From: an uncultured delta proteobacterium
GTDB lineage: Bacteria > Myxococcota_A > UBA9160 > SMWR01
Length of the DNA: 64,000 nt
Direction of reading: 5' to 3'
Assembly (NCBI GenBank): GCA_963832165.1
Contig: CAWHTE010000001.1
Coordinates: 640,001 to 704,000 of the forward strand
Shown here: positions 9,253-18,728 of the stretch, piece by piece
Position numbering within the stretch: position 1 is the stretch's first letter
How the letters are laid out: every line of letters starts with the position of its first letter
The notes under the pieces: generated by a model
The model's input: the letters and a program-made list of their open reading frames with translations, nothing else
Told to the model about the DNA's origin: nothing
Database searches by the model: none
Made by a program: the position numbers and the translations under genes

Positions 9253-10702
9253 CTAGACGTAGCGATCGCTCACGTGCGCGATCGCCCCGGGCGCGAGGTC
9301 CTTCCAGGGCGGCACGGGCGCGAGCAGCTTCGCGAGCGCGCGCGCGGTCTCCTCGAACTCCTGCTCACCGTTGGTCGCCGCCGCCGCGAGGCGTGCATCG
9401 CTCGGGAAGATGTCGAGGAAGTTGGGTGCGCGCCGGAAGTTCACGTGCAGGTCCCAGAATGCGCGGTCGCGGTCGGCCGTCGCCGACGCCACGCGCAAGA
9501 GCGGCAGCAGGAGCGCATTCGAGCCGCGCGGCTTGCCGATCGCGTCGAGTGCGAGGATCGCCGTGTGCCGCGTTCCGATCCGCCCCGCCTCGATCGCTTC
9601 CCACGCATAACGCGCCGGGATCAGCGAAGAGAGCGCGCCGTCCACGAGCCCCGAGAGCGAGTGGCGCTCGAAGATCCGCTCGAGCACCTGCGCGCCCTCC
9701 AAGTCCTCGGGCTCGAGGTCGTACGAGAGCACGCCCGGGATCGCCGCGGAGAAGCCCGCGGCGTCGAGCGCGGCGAGCCGCCGGGTCTCGGGATCGGCGC
9801 CGAAGATGATCGGCACGAGCACCTGGCGGCTCATCGCGAGCGAGACGAGCGGACCCACGAGCCGTGCGAGCGCAGCGCGCGGGAGCTTCTCGAGTGCCGC
9901 TCGCGCTGTGCAGCTCGAGGTCGACCATGCGCGCGAACGATTCGCTCGGCTCCGAGAGCGCGCCGGGCCCGAGGCCCGTGGCGAGCAGGTCCACCGGCAG
10001 CGGCAGATCACCGAGGCTCTGCTGGCGGCCGTCGACTTCGAAGAGCTCGCCGAGCGCGCTGCGCAGGTCGAGTCTCAGTGCGCCGGGCAGGCCGAAGCGC
10101 GCGCGCGCAGGCGCGCGGAATGCGCCGCGTTCTCGCAGGCGACGCACGTCGGCGAGCAGCTCGGGGAGATGGAACTCGGAGCTGCGCGCGCGAATCACCG
10201 CGAGGATCGATCCGACGCTGCAGCCCGCGAGGTAGCTCGGCACGAGGCCCAGCTGATGGAGGCGCTCGAGCGCGCCCAGGAACACGTAGCCCGAGCCCGC
10301 GGCGCCGCCGAGCACGAGCGCGAGGCGTTTGTTCGAGAGCTCGGCGTCGAGCCCGCTCTCGCTCGCGAGATCGGCTTCGAAGATCCGCCGGCGCGCCTCG
10401 GCGATCAGCGCCACCACCTTGGGCAGGCGTGCGGCGAGCCGCGCCGCGTCGATCTGCGCGGGCTCGGTCGGCAGCACCGGCGCGAGCAGCTGCAGCAGAC
10501 GCAGGCGCAGCGAGCCGATCCGGTCGACCAGCTCGTCGGGCTCACCGCCGAGCGACGAGAGCTGCGCGAGGCGCAGCGCGTGGCGCAGCAGCGCGAGCTC
10601 GCGCTCGGGCAGGAAGCGCGGATCCGCGGCGAGTCGCCGCGCGAGCGCGATCTCCCCGCGCCGGAACGGCCGGAACTCGTCGAGGAAGATCCGCGCATCC
10701 AT
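9253..10702 (-). pseudogene. Patatin-like phospholipase, frameshifted near 9901 (probably sequencing error)
   Basis: LGGAAGSG and GCSVG nucleophile in one frame; SAAIPG and DGA in the next; removing one base at 9901 joins them. Confidence 0.8.
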
Positions 10703-10713
10703 GCGCTTTGCTC

Positions 10714-11517
10714 CTAGGGTTCGAACTCTCCCGTGAAGCGGATGTTCTGGCGCGCGAGCCCATCGACGACCACTTCGACGCCGCCGCTGCGCACCATCCA
10801 TTCGAGGCGGTGGTCGCGGTACTCGCGCTTGAACAGGCCCTTCTCGAGCAGGTCCGCGACCTGTCCCATTCCGCCGCTCGCTCCGGAGAGGAAGGCGCCG
10901 GCTTCGGACGCCGTCTGTGCAACCGCAGGGCGCTCGTTCGCGCGCGCAAGCCATGCGTCGAGCCGGCTGCCCGGCTCGGGCCCGAGGCCGAAGCCGCGCG
11001 AGCCGTTCAGATACGGCACCACGGAGAGGTCGGCGCGGCCGAAGCGCTCCCCATCGAACCAGGCTCGCTCGCCGAGCTGGGACTCGAGCCAGCGGCGCCA
11101 CGCCGCGGTCTGCGCCGCGGCGCGTTCGCCGAGGGTGCGCGCGAGATCGCCCTTCGCGCGCCCGAAGAAGTGGATCTCGCCGAGGCCCCAGTTGATCGCC
11201 TCGTAATGCGTATCCATCGCTTCCTCGATCATGCGCGAGCGCGCGCGCTCGGCGGGCGACTTCGGCAGGAGCGGCGGGTCGGGCCAGCGCTCTTCGAGAT
11301 AGTCGAGGATGATCGTCGAGTCGAACACGCGCACGTCGCCGTCCACGAGCGCGGGCACCTCGCCGCGCGGGCTCGCGTCGAGGAACGCCTGCTCGAGGCC
11401 CGCGCCCGCGCCGACGCCCACGGGCAGCCGCGCTTCGAACGGGAGCTCCTTCTCGCGCAGCGCGATCTTGCACTTCTGCGCGTAGGGCGAGAGCGGGTGA
11501 TCGAAGAGCAGCAGCAT
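10714..11517 (-). CDS. Glutathione S-transferase family protein
   Basis: SPYAQK, SPRGEVPALVDG, DSTIILDYLEE, FGRADL. Confidence 0.92.
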   Translation of the reverse strand: MLLLFDHPLSPYAQKCKIALREKELPFEARLPVGVGAGAGLEQAFLDASPRGEVPALVDGDVRVFDSTIILDYLEERWPDPPLLPKSPAERARSRMIEEAMDTHYEAINWGLGEIHFFGRAKGDLARTLGERAAAQTAAWRRWLESQLGERAWFDGERFGRADLSVVPYLNGSRGFGLGPEPGSRLDAWLARANERPAVAQTASEAGAFLSGASGGMGQVADLLEKGLFKREYRDHRLEWMVRSGGVEVVVDGLARQNIRFTGEFEP

Positions 11518-12467
11518 CAGGCGCCCTGATCCAGATACTCGGAGAGCCCGTATCCGACGCGGTCACCGTCGAGCACGTACTCGGTCATGCCCTCGCCGAT
11601 GTGCGTGTGCTTTCCGGCACGGCGGTTGCGCAGCGGAATGAACCCGCGGACCCGGCCCTCGAGACGGTGCTGGGTTCCGCCCGCGAGCGTCACCTCCGCA
11701 CGCAGGGCGCGGTGGTAGTTGGTGCCGGGCTCGTAGTCGGTCTCGATCTTCACCTCGGTGATGCGCTCGATCTCGAGTCCGCGCTGGACCACGCCGCCGA
11801 CGCGGTCGCCGACCTTCGAGATCACCAGCCCGAGATCGTCGCCGAAATTGCAGGTGATCCAGCGGTAGTCCGGCGTCGACTGCCAGTAGCGCGGACCCCA
11901 CGAGTGGTCGCGCAGGCCGTGGCCGCGGATCGCGATCGGCGCCTCGCCTTCGATCTCGATCTCACCCGAGACGCGCATGTGTTGCTCGTAGTGGGCGCGC
12001 GCGAAGTCGTTGCCGTCGCCGGGCTTGCCGACGTGGCCATAGATCGGTCCGACACCTTCGTGAACGAGATCGATGCGCAGCCGGCGGTGCGGGTTCTCGG
12101 TGAACGCGGCGCGCGGATCCTTCATCGCGCGCGGATCGGCCAGATACACCGCCGAGCCCTGGTACAGCGTGCGCAGCCGCTCTCCGGGCACGAGCACCTC
12201 GACGGAGAGCCCGCCCGCATCGAACCGGTCGTTCGAGGTGATCTCGGGGCGCTTGAAATTGAACAGCGCCGAGCCGTCCGCGTTGTAGACGATCACGGTC
12301 ATCTCCGCGTAGCGTTCGTTCGCGCGGTTGCCGATGCGCACGAAGCCGCCGCGGTTCTGGGTGCGGTCGAAGAAGTTGAAGTAGACCGACTCGTTGAAGT
12401 TCGGCTCGGGCCCGAGCGGGTGGGTGTAGTCGTCCTCGGGCTTCACGTTGCCGACGATTCTTGCCAT
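11517..12467 (-). CDS. Conserved hypothetical protein (lipocalin/tocopherol-cyclase-like beta fold)
   Basis: NESVYFNFFD, HYEQH, GLRDHSWGPRYW; coding-like codon usage; GGAGG RBS. Confidence 0.7.
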   Translation of the reverse strand: MARIVGNVKPEDDYTHPLGPEPNFNESVYFNFFDRTQNRGGFVRIGNRANERYAEMTVIVYNADGSALFNFKRPEITSNDRFDAGGLSVEVLVPGERLRTLYQGSAVYLADPRAMKDPRAAFTENPHRRLRIDLVHEGVGPIYGHVGKPGDGNDFARAHYEQHMRVSGEIEIEGEAPIAIRGHGLRDHSWGPRYWQSTPDYRWITCNFGDDLGLVISKVGDRVGGVVQRGLEIERITEVKIETDYEPGTNYHRALRAEVTLAGGTQHRLEGRVRGFIPLRNRRAGKHTHIGEGMTEYVLDGDRVGYGLSEYLDQGA

Positions 12468-12505
12468 GGCGGTCGCCTCCTGGTTTCCACGCTAGCACTC
12501 GACGG

Positions 12506-13444
12506 TCAGGAATAACGCCGGAAGCGCGGCAACATAGGAGCGAGGAGCTCCCTGCCGATGTAGCGCCAGCGCCGGCGCATCCAGAAGCGCGGGATCACCC
12601 AGAGCGATCGGAGCTTCTCCCATGCGCCGATCGGGGCCCTGCGCACCGCGCCGAGCTGATCGCGCAGCAGCGACAGCTCCGGGAAATAGAATCGGTGTCC
12701 GGCTCGCGAGGGATCGAACCAGATCGCGACCTCTTCCTGCGTGGTGTTCGCCTTGCGCGACATCCCGGAGTGGATCCGGCGGTGGAAATGGTGACCCGGC
12801 AGCTCCCAGAACTCGCCGAGCAGGGCCAGCTCGCCCATCAGCACGTAGTCGGAGTTTGCGTAGGCTCCGTGGAGGCGGGTCCTGAGCAGCGGAGCGGTGC
12901 GGAACAGCCCGAACAGCACGTTCGCATAGCGCATCTTGCGCGCGATGTGGGCGTAGCGCGCATGCGGCCGCAAGCCGCGTGTATCCAGGTTCTCTTGCGC
13001 GCGCCGCGTCACCGCACCGTGCTCGTCGATGAACGTGGTTCCCGTGAGCACGAGGATGACCGACGGTGCGGCGCGATCGAGCGCCTCCACGCAGGTTCGC
13101 AGATGCGTGGGCTCGCAGAGGTCGTCATGGGTGGTCCAGCGGAAGTATTCGCCGCGCGCGAGCAGAGGGAGGCGGCTGAAGTTCCACGATCCACCGCGGT
13201 TTTCGGACTCGCGCAGGTAGCGGATCCGCGCATCGAAGGCCGCGTACTCGCGGCAGATCGCCTCGGTGTCGTCCGTCGAGCCGTTGTCCGAGATGATCAG
13301 CTCGAAGTCCGCGAAGTCCTGGGCGAGCAGGGACTCGAGGGACTCGCGCAGGTAGGCCGCTCCGTTGTAGACGGGCAGGCCAACACTCACGCGGGGAATG
13401 CGCTCGGCACCCGCCAGCGACGCGACAGCTCGTTCGGGCATCAA
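12506..13444 (-). CDS. Glycosyltransferase family 2
   Basis: VGLPVYNG, IISDNGSTD, HDD. Confidence 0.92.
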   Translation of the reverse strand: MMPERAVASLAGAERIPRVSVGLPVYNGAAYLRESLESLLAQDFADFELIISDNGSTDDTEAICREYAAFDARIRYLRESENRGGSWNFSRLPLLARGEYFRWTTHDDLCEPTHLRTCVEALDRAAPSVILVLTGTTFIDEHGAVTRRAQENLDTRGLRPHARYAHIARKMRYANVLFGLFRTAPLLRTRLHGAYANSDYVLMGELALLGEFWELPGHHFHRRIHSGMSRKANTTQEEVAIWFDPSRAGHRFYFPELSLLRDQLGAVRRAPIGAWEKLRSLWVIPRFWMRRRWRYIGRELLAPMLPRFRRYS

Positions 13445-13571
13445 ATCAGCTCTGTATTCCCGGCCCTACGCATTCTACGGCGATTGAGAGTGGCCGAACA
13501 CGCCCCTCAGGTGATACGGCCGGAAAGCCGATGACAACGGCCTGCAACAGCGGGAGTCGAATCGTAGAGCC

Positions 13572-13751
13572 ATGCGGTACGACACGGTGGAGTTCGACCA
13601 TCCGGATGGGTCCCACAAAACCCTCCAGCCCAGCGAATTCGAGGCGCTGCCGCTGCTCGAGCGCGTGCAGTGGCTTTCCCAGGGCCGTTTCCGCTTCCTG
13701 AAAGGTGGGGTCAAGGTCCCTGCCTACCAAGCGCTGAAGCCGGAGCGCTGA
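13572..13751 (+). CDS. Small hypothetical protein, 59 aa (missed by the ORF track)
   Basis: MRYDTVEFDHPDGSHKTLQPSEFEALPLLERVQWLSQGRFRFLKGGVKVPAYQALKPER; its stop overlaps the next ATG (TGATG); coding-like codons. Confidence 0.7.
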   Translation: MRYDTVEFDHPDGSHKTLQPSEFEALPLLERVQWLSQGRFRFLKGGVKVPAYQALKPER

Positions 13752-14401
13752 TGCGCGGCTCCCGAGCGCTCCTGTACGGCGCGGCGCTGCTCTGGATCGC
13801 AGCCGCCGTGGGCGGCTCGCTGTACATCTTCTTCTACGAGAGCCGGCCCGCTCCGGCGACCGCGGTGGCGCAGGTCTGGCCCGAGCAGGCCGGAATCGCG
13901 CGCCATGCGGATGGCTTCCAGCTCGTGATGGCGGTGCACCCGAAGTGCCCGTGCACGCGCGCGAGCGTGGCGGAGCTCAACAAGCTGATGCTGGCCTCGG
14001 GATCGCGCGTACACGCGATCGCGCTCGTGACCAAGCCCTTCGAGCTGCCCGATCTCTGGTCGGAGAGCGACGTCACCGCGCGCTTGCGCGAGATCCCGAA
14101 CGTCGAGGTGGTGCGCGACCTCGGCGGCGCGAAGTCGAGCGCGTTCGGTGCGCAGAACTCCGGGCAGACCCTGCTCTACGACGCCTCGGGCCAGCTCGTG
14201 TTCGAGGGCGGAATCACCGCGTTTCGCGGGCACGAGGGTCCGAGCGTCGGCGGCGAGATGATCGCGCAGATCGTGGCCGGCCATCCGGCGCCGCGCGCTC
14301 ACACCAAGGTGTTCGGCTGTTCGTTGAAGGACAAGTTCTGTCCCGCACGCGGGACATCGGGCGAGGAACACGACCATGGACACGATGGCAATGACGTCTG
14401 A
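13751..14401 (+). CDS. RedB-like membrane-anchored thioredoxin-fold protein
   Basis: N-terminal TM helix; VHPKCPCTRAS, SGQTLLYD, GGIT..RGHEG, VFGC, as recalled from myxobacterial RedB-like proteins. Confidence 0.75.
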   Translation: MRGSRALLYGAALLWIAAAVGGSLYIFFYESRPAPATAVAQVWPEQAGIARHADGFQLVMAVHPKCPCTRASVAELNKLMLASGSRVHAIALVTKPFELPDLWSESDVTARLREIPNVEVVRDLGGAKSSAFGAQNSGQTLLYDASGQLVFEGGITAFRGHEGPSVGGEMIAQIVAGHPAPRAHTKVFGCSLKDKFCPARGTSGEEHDHGHDGNDV

Positions 14402-15083
14402 GGAAACGGAACGGACCGAGCAGGTCTACCAGGAAGAGCTCTCCACACAGCGCGTCCGACTCGACCGGATTTTCGCGAAGCTCATGATGATCCAGTGGGC
14501 CTTCGCGATCGGGCTCGCGCTCGTGTACTCGCCCTACGCCTGGGAGGGCAAGCAGAGCGCCATCCACGCCCACGTCTACCTCGCCGTGCTCATGGGCGCC
14601 GGGCTCACGCTCCTGCCGCTCGTGATGGTGCGCCAGATGCCGGGCAGCGTGCGCTCGCGCCACGTGATCGCGATCAGCCAGATGCTCTGGTCCGCGCTGC
14701 TGATCCACTTGACCGGCGGGCGGATCGAGACGCACTTCCACGTGTTCGGCTCGCTGGCCTGGCTGGCGTTCTACCTCGACTGGCGGATCCTCGTGACCGC
14801 GACCGTGGTCGTGGCGGGAGAACACTTCCTGCGCGGCGTCTTCTATCCCGAGTCGGTCTACGGCATCGCCAACCCGGAGTGGTGGCGCTTCCTCGAGCAC
14901 GCGTTCTGGGTCGCGTTCGAGGACGTGATCCTGTTGATCGCGTGCCACAACGGCCTGCGCAGCCTGCGCGACGGCGCGCAGCGTCAGGCCCAGCTCGAGG
15001 CGCTCTCCGAGAGCGAGCAGAACAAGGCCGTCGCGCTCGAGATGCTGATCACGGAGATGAAGGCGCGCGGAAGCCAGGCGTAG
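14376..15083 (+). CDS. Stand-alone multi-TM sensor domain (RedC-type) with no output domain
   Basis: HLTGGRIETHFHVFGSLAWLAFY.DWR and EHAFWV.FE motifs; ends after a short helical tail. Confidence 0.75.
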   Translation: MDTMAMTSEETERTEQVYQEELSTQRVRLDRIFAKLMMIQWAFAIGLALVYSPYAWEGKQSAIHAHVYLAVLMGAGLTLLPLVMVRQMPGSVRSRHVIAISQMLWSALLIHLTGGRIETHFHVFGSLAWLAFYLDWRILVTATVVVAGEHFLRGVFYPESVYGIANPEWWRFLEHAFWVAFEDVILLIACHNGLRSLRDGAQRQAQLEALSESEQNKAVALEMLITEMKARGSQA

Positions 15084-15137
15084 TCCGAAGCGATTTCGCC
15101 GACACGGCCTCGACCCACCGGGGTACGCTCTGCTCCG

Positions 15138-16621
15138 GTGAGAGTCGAGATCGGGATCTGTCTCGCGGTCCTGGCGTTCATCGCCGGGCTGATCCACGCG
15201 CCGGGCGCGCGTTCCGATTTCAGCTAGGACGACTATGACTTCGTGCTGAACAACACGGCGATCCGGTACCCGAACAGCGCGCTCGCCTCCTTCGCGCAGC
15301 CGTTCCCGCCGCACCAGCCCGACCGCGGCCTCTACCGCCCGGTCACGAATCTCAGCTATGCGCTGGACCATCAGCTCTTCCAGCTCGACGCGCGCGGCTT
15401 CCACTGGACCAACGTCGCGCTCTACGTCGTCGTCGTGTGGCTCGTGTTCGCCCTCGCGCGCTGGCACGATTCCTCTGCGGGCTTCGCGTTCGCAGCCGCG
15501 GCTCTGTTCGCGGCCCATCCCGTCCACTGCGAGGCCGTCGACAGCGTGACCGGGCGCAGCGAGCTTCTCGCAGCGGCCTTCGCGCTCCTCTCGATCCTGG
15601 CCTTCGCCGCCGCAATGCCGCGCGGCGGTACGGCTCGCTCGGTAAGCGCACGCGCGATCTGGGTCGTGCTTTCGGCTCTCGCGTACGGCGCGGCCGCCTT
15701 TTCGAAGGAGGTCGGTGCGTTCGTGCCGGCCGTGCTGGCCGTCTGCTTCCTGTGTTTCGGCCGGGTGCCCGGAGAGAGCGCCGCGAGCTGGGTCCGGCGC
15801 GGTGCGGTGTGGCTCGCGCCCTGCCTCGCGGTGGGGCTCGCGTACCTTCTGGCGAGGTGGAACGCGTTGGGCGGGCTCGCGCCCGACGCCGGCATACTCG
15901 ACTCGCAGAGCACCGCGTTTCGGATCCACACGATCGGCATGTCGTGGATCCAGTACCTGCGACTGCTCGTCGCGCCGACGACGCTCCACGTCGACTACTA
16001 CTGGTGGCCAGTTCTTCCAGAAGCCGCGCGAGACGCTCGTCTGGGCGCTCGCCGGCTGCGCACTGCTCGCGATCACGCTCGCTGCGCTCGCCGCGTTGGT
16101 CCTGCGCGAGCTTCGCAGCTCCCGGGGCCACGGCGCCGGGCAGATCGCCTTGTGCGCTCTCTCGTTCGTGGTCTTCCTGTTCCCGGTCATGCACGTCCTG
16201 CCCACGATCGGCTGGATGTCCGAGCGCTATCTCTTCCTGCCCTCGATCGGGTTCTGCGTGCTCGTCGCGCTCGCCGTTCGCGAGGGAATGCGCCGCTGGG
16301 TTCCTTCGCCCCGCGCGCGGCTCGCGGCGTCGAGCATCGGGCTCGCGGTTGCCGTCGGGGCCGGCGGTTGGCGAAGCCATCAGCGCGCGCTCGAGTGGCG
16401 CGACGAGCAGAAGCTCTGGCAGGTCGAGGACGCCGCGCTGCCGAACGACGCTCGCATCCTCTCGAGTCTCTCCCACGCCTACGCGAAACGCGGGCGGATC
16501 GGCGTGGCCTGGGACGCCCTCGAGCGCGCTCGCGGCGCCGAGCCGCGCATGGACGCGCCTCGATCGCATGCTCGATTCGATCGAGCGCCTGCTGCGCGAC
16601 GCGCGCGAGCGATCGCGCTAG
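15138..16621 (+). pseudogene. TMTC-like GT-C membrane glycosyltransferase with C-terminal TPR, disrupted
   Basis: FS*DD (in-frame TAG 15225-15227), YRPVT, FAAHPVHCEAV...GRSELL, SKE, ERYLFLP, WRDE; frameshifts near 16002 and 16558. Confidence 0.78.
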
Positions 16622-17265
16622 GGGACGATCGACGCGAGCAGGGCCTGCATCTGGCCGATCGGCCAGGACAGGATCGGTGCGCCGAGCCACACGATCGCGA
16701 TCAGCGTTCCCGCGAGCACCCAGTCTCCGCCGCGCAGGAACGCGCGCCAGGCCGGCTCGAGGCGCGCGGGCAGCCACGCCTCGAGCACGCGGCTGCCGTC
16801 GAGCGGCGGCACGGGCAGCGCGTTCAGGATCGCGAGCGAGAAATTCAGCACCGCGATCGTCTCGAGCAGCGCGCGCACGGCGCTTCCCGGCTCGACCGTC
16901 GCGGGCGCGCCCGCGACGAGTGCGAAGAGGACCGAGACCGCGGCGAGCGTGAGCGCGAGGTTCGAGGCGGGGCCGGCGGCTGCCGTGATCGCGAGGCCCG
17001 TGCGCATCGACACGCCGCGGTGGAACCGCGTGGGGTTGATCGGCACGGGCTTCGCCCATCCGAATGGAACGCCCAGCAGCGGCAGGAGCAGCGTGCCGAC
17101 GGGATCGATGTGCGCGAGCGGATCGAGCGTCATGCGGCCCAGGCGTGCGGCCGTGTCGTCGCCGAGTCGCCACGCCGACCACGCGTGCGCCCACTCGTGC
17201 ACCGCGAGCGAGAGCCACAGCGCGATCAGCCAGACCAGGCGCGACGCGAGATCTGCTTCGCTCAC
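16618..17265 (-). CDS. Site-2 protease (peptidase M50)
   Basis: HEWAH zinc motif, GWAKPVP, AGPASN, NALPVPPLDG. Confidence 0.93.
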   Translation of the reverse strand: MSEADLASRLVWLIALWLSLAVHEWAHAWSAWRLGDDTAARLGRMTLDPLAHIDPVGTLLLPLLGVPFGWAKPVPINPTRFHRGVSMRTGLAITAAAGPASNLALTLAAVSVLFALVAGAPATVEPGSAVRALLETIAVLNFSLAILNALPVPPLDGSRVLEAWLPARLEPAWRAFLRGGDWVLAGTLIAIVWLGAPILSWPIGQMQALLASIVP

Positions 17266-17277
17266 GAGCGCGAGCTC

Positions 17278-18618
17278 CTAACGCCTCGCCTGCAGCGCGT
17301 GGAGGTCGGGGCGCAGATCAGCGGGCGCGATCGGTCGATGGTCTTCGCTCACCTTCGGCTCGCTGCGCGACTCGGTTCCGTCCAGCGCCTCGAGGGTCTT
17401 GATCGAGCGCTTGAGCACGATCGTCTCGGCGCCGTCGTCGCTGCTGCGCACCTTCAAGAACGCGGCGTCCGCCCACACGAGCTCGCCCTCGACGATCGTG
17501 CCCTCGTCGAGCGTGAGTCGCACGCGCGCGCGACCGGTCGGCTGGCTGAGCTGGGTGGTCGACTCGATCAGCAATGCATCGATGTGATCGAAGCGCCGGG
17601 TGGCGTGGCTGCGCGGATCGAGCGCGCGCTCGAAGTCGGTGCGCTCGATGCGCGGATCCGCGTCGGCGGCGCGGCTGCGCCGCACTGCGAGGATCCCGGC
17701 CTCGTTGACGAGGCCCTCGAGCTCGGCGCCGCTCATGCCCTCGGTGCGCGAGGCGATGTCCTCCAGCGACACATCGGCCGCGAGCGGCATGGTCGCGGCG
17801 TGGATCGCCAGCACCTCGCGCCGCGCATCGGCGCAGAGCGGCGGCACGGCGATGCGCCGGTCGAAGCGACCCGGGCGCAAGAGCGCAGCGTCGAGTACGT
17901 CACTGCGGTTGGTCGCCGCGATCACGACCACGCGCGCGCCGCGCTCGAAGCCGTCGAGCGAGACGAGCAGCTGGTTCAGCGTGTGCTCGCGCTCGTCGTT
18001 CACGAGCCCGATCCCCGAGCCGCGGCGACGGCCGATCGCGTCGAGCTCGTCGATGAACAGGATCGCCGGCGCGTGCTTTGCCGCGAGCTCGAAGGTGTCG
18101 CGCATGCGCGAGGCGCCGACTCCCACGAACATCTCCACGAACTCGGAGGCCGAGACGGACAGGAAGTGCGCGCGCGTCTCGCCCGCGACGGCGCGCGCGA
18201 GCAGCGTCTTGCCGCAGCCGGGCGGTCCCTCGAGCAGCACGCCGCGCGGCAGCCGCACGCCGGCGCGCTCCCAGACTTCCGGGTTCTTCAGGAAGTCGAT
18301 CAGGTCGGCGAGCTGCGCCTTCGCCTCTTCGCAGCCGCCGACACTCGCGAACGTCACGCCGGGCGATTCCGTGACCAGTCGCGCACGGCTCTTGCGCAGC
18401 TCGAGTGCGTTCGCGGTGCCGCCGCCCGCCTTGCGCAGCACCCAGACCAGCACGCCGAGCCCGATTGCGATCGGCACCAGCACCCAGATCGCGCGCACGA
18501 GCGGGCTCCCGGGGTCGCTGCCCTCGCCCCCTCCGGAGAGGAGCTGGAACCCGATCAGCAGCGCGATCACGAGCGCGGTCCACACCGCGAGCGTGCGCAG
18601 CTTGCTTCCGGACTGCAT
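17278..18618 (-). CDS. FtsH-like membrane-anchored AAA+ ATPase lacking the M41 protease domain
   Basis: Two TM helices; Walker A GPPGCGKT, pore loop MFVG, Walker B FIDE, SRH ATNR...LLRPGRFDR; no HEXXH after the AAA module; start 18618 or 18648. Confidence 0.88.
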   Translation of the reverse strand: MQSGSKLRTLAVWTALVIALLIGFQLLSGGGEGSDPGSPLVRAIWVLVPIAIGLGVLVWVLRKAGGGTANALELRKSRARLVTESPGVTFASVGGCEEAKAQLADLIDFLKNPEVWERAGVRLPRGVLLEGPPGCGKTLLARAVAGETRAHFLSVSASEFVEMFVGVGASRMRDTFELAAKHAPAILFIDELDAIGRRRGSGIGLVNDEREHTLNQLLVSLDGFERGARVVVIAATNRSDVLDAALLRPGRFDRRIAVPPLCADARREVLAIHAATMPLAADVSLEDIASRTEGMSGAELEGLVNEAGILAVRRSRAADADPRIERTDFERALDPRSHATRRFDHIDALLIESTTQLSQPTGRARVRLTLDEGTIVEGELVWADAAFLKVRSSDDGAETIVLKRSIKTLEALDGTESRSEPKVSEDHRPIAPADLRPDLHALQARR

Positions 18619-18728
18619 GCCTGCCTCCTCGGGGGCCCGGAGCTTCATCGGTCGATCGCGGAGCGAGCTGGATCACAGCGCTACAGCGCCGTGCTCCGAT
18701 ACAATCCCGCGCCGTGAGAGGACCCCGC

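Noticed and set aside
13507..13534. sigma28-like promoter TCAGG-N15-GCCGATGA upstream of the micro-ORF/redB-like cassette
   Set aside because: Good -10 match but poor -35 and spacing; too weak to call in GC-rich DNA
15225..15227. Pyrrolysine or amber recoding in the TMTC-like gene
   Set aside because: TAG is a normal stop for many genes here, and the same gene has two further frameshifts
17278..18618. Calling this gene ftsH or an ftsH pseudogene
   Set aside because: No M41/HEXXH remnant seen downstream; the ORF ends cleanly with a different domain
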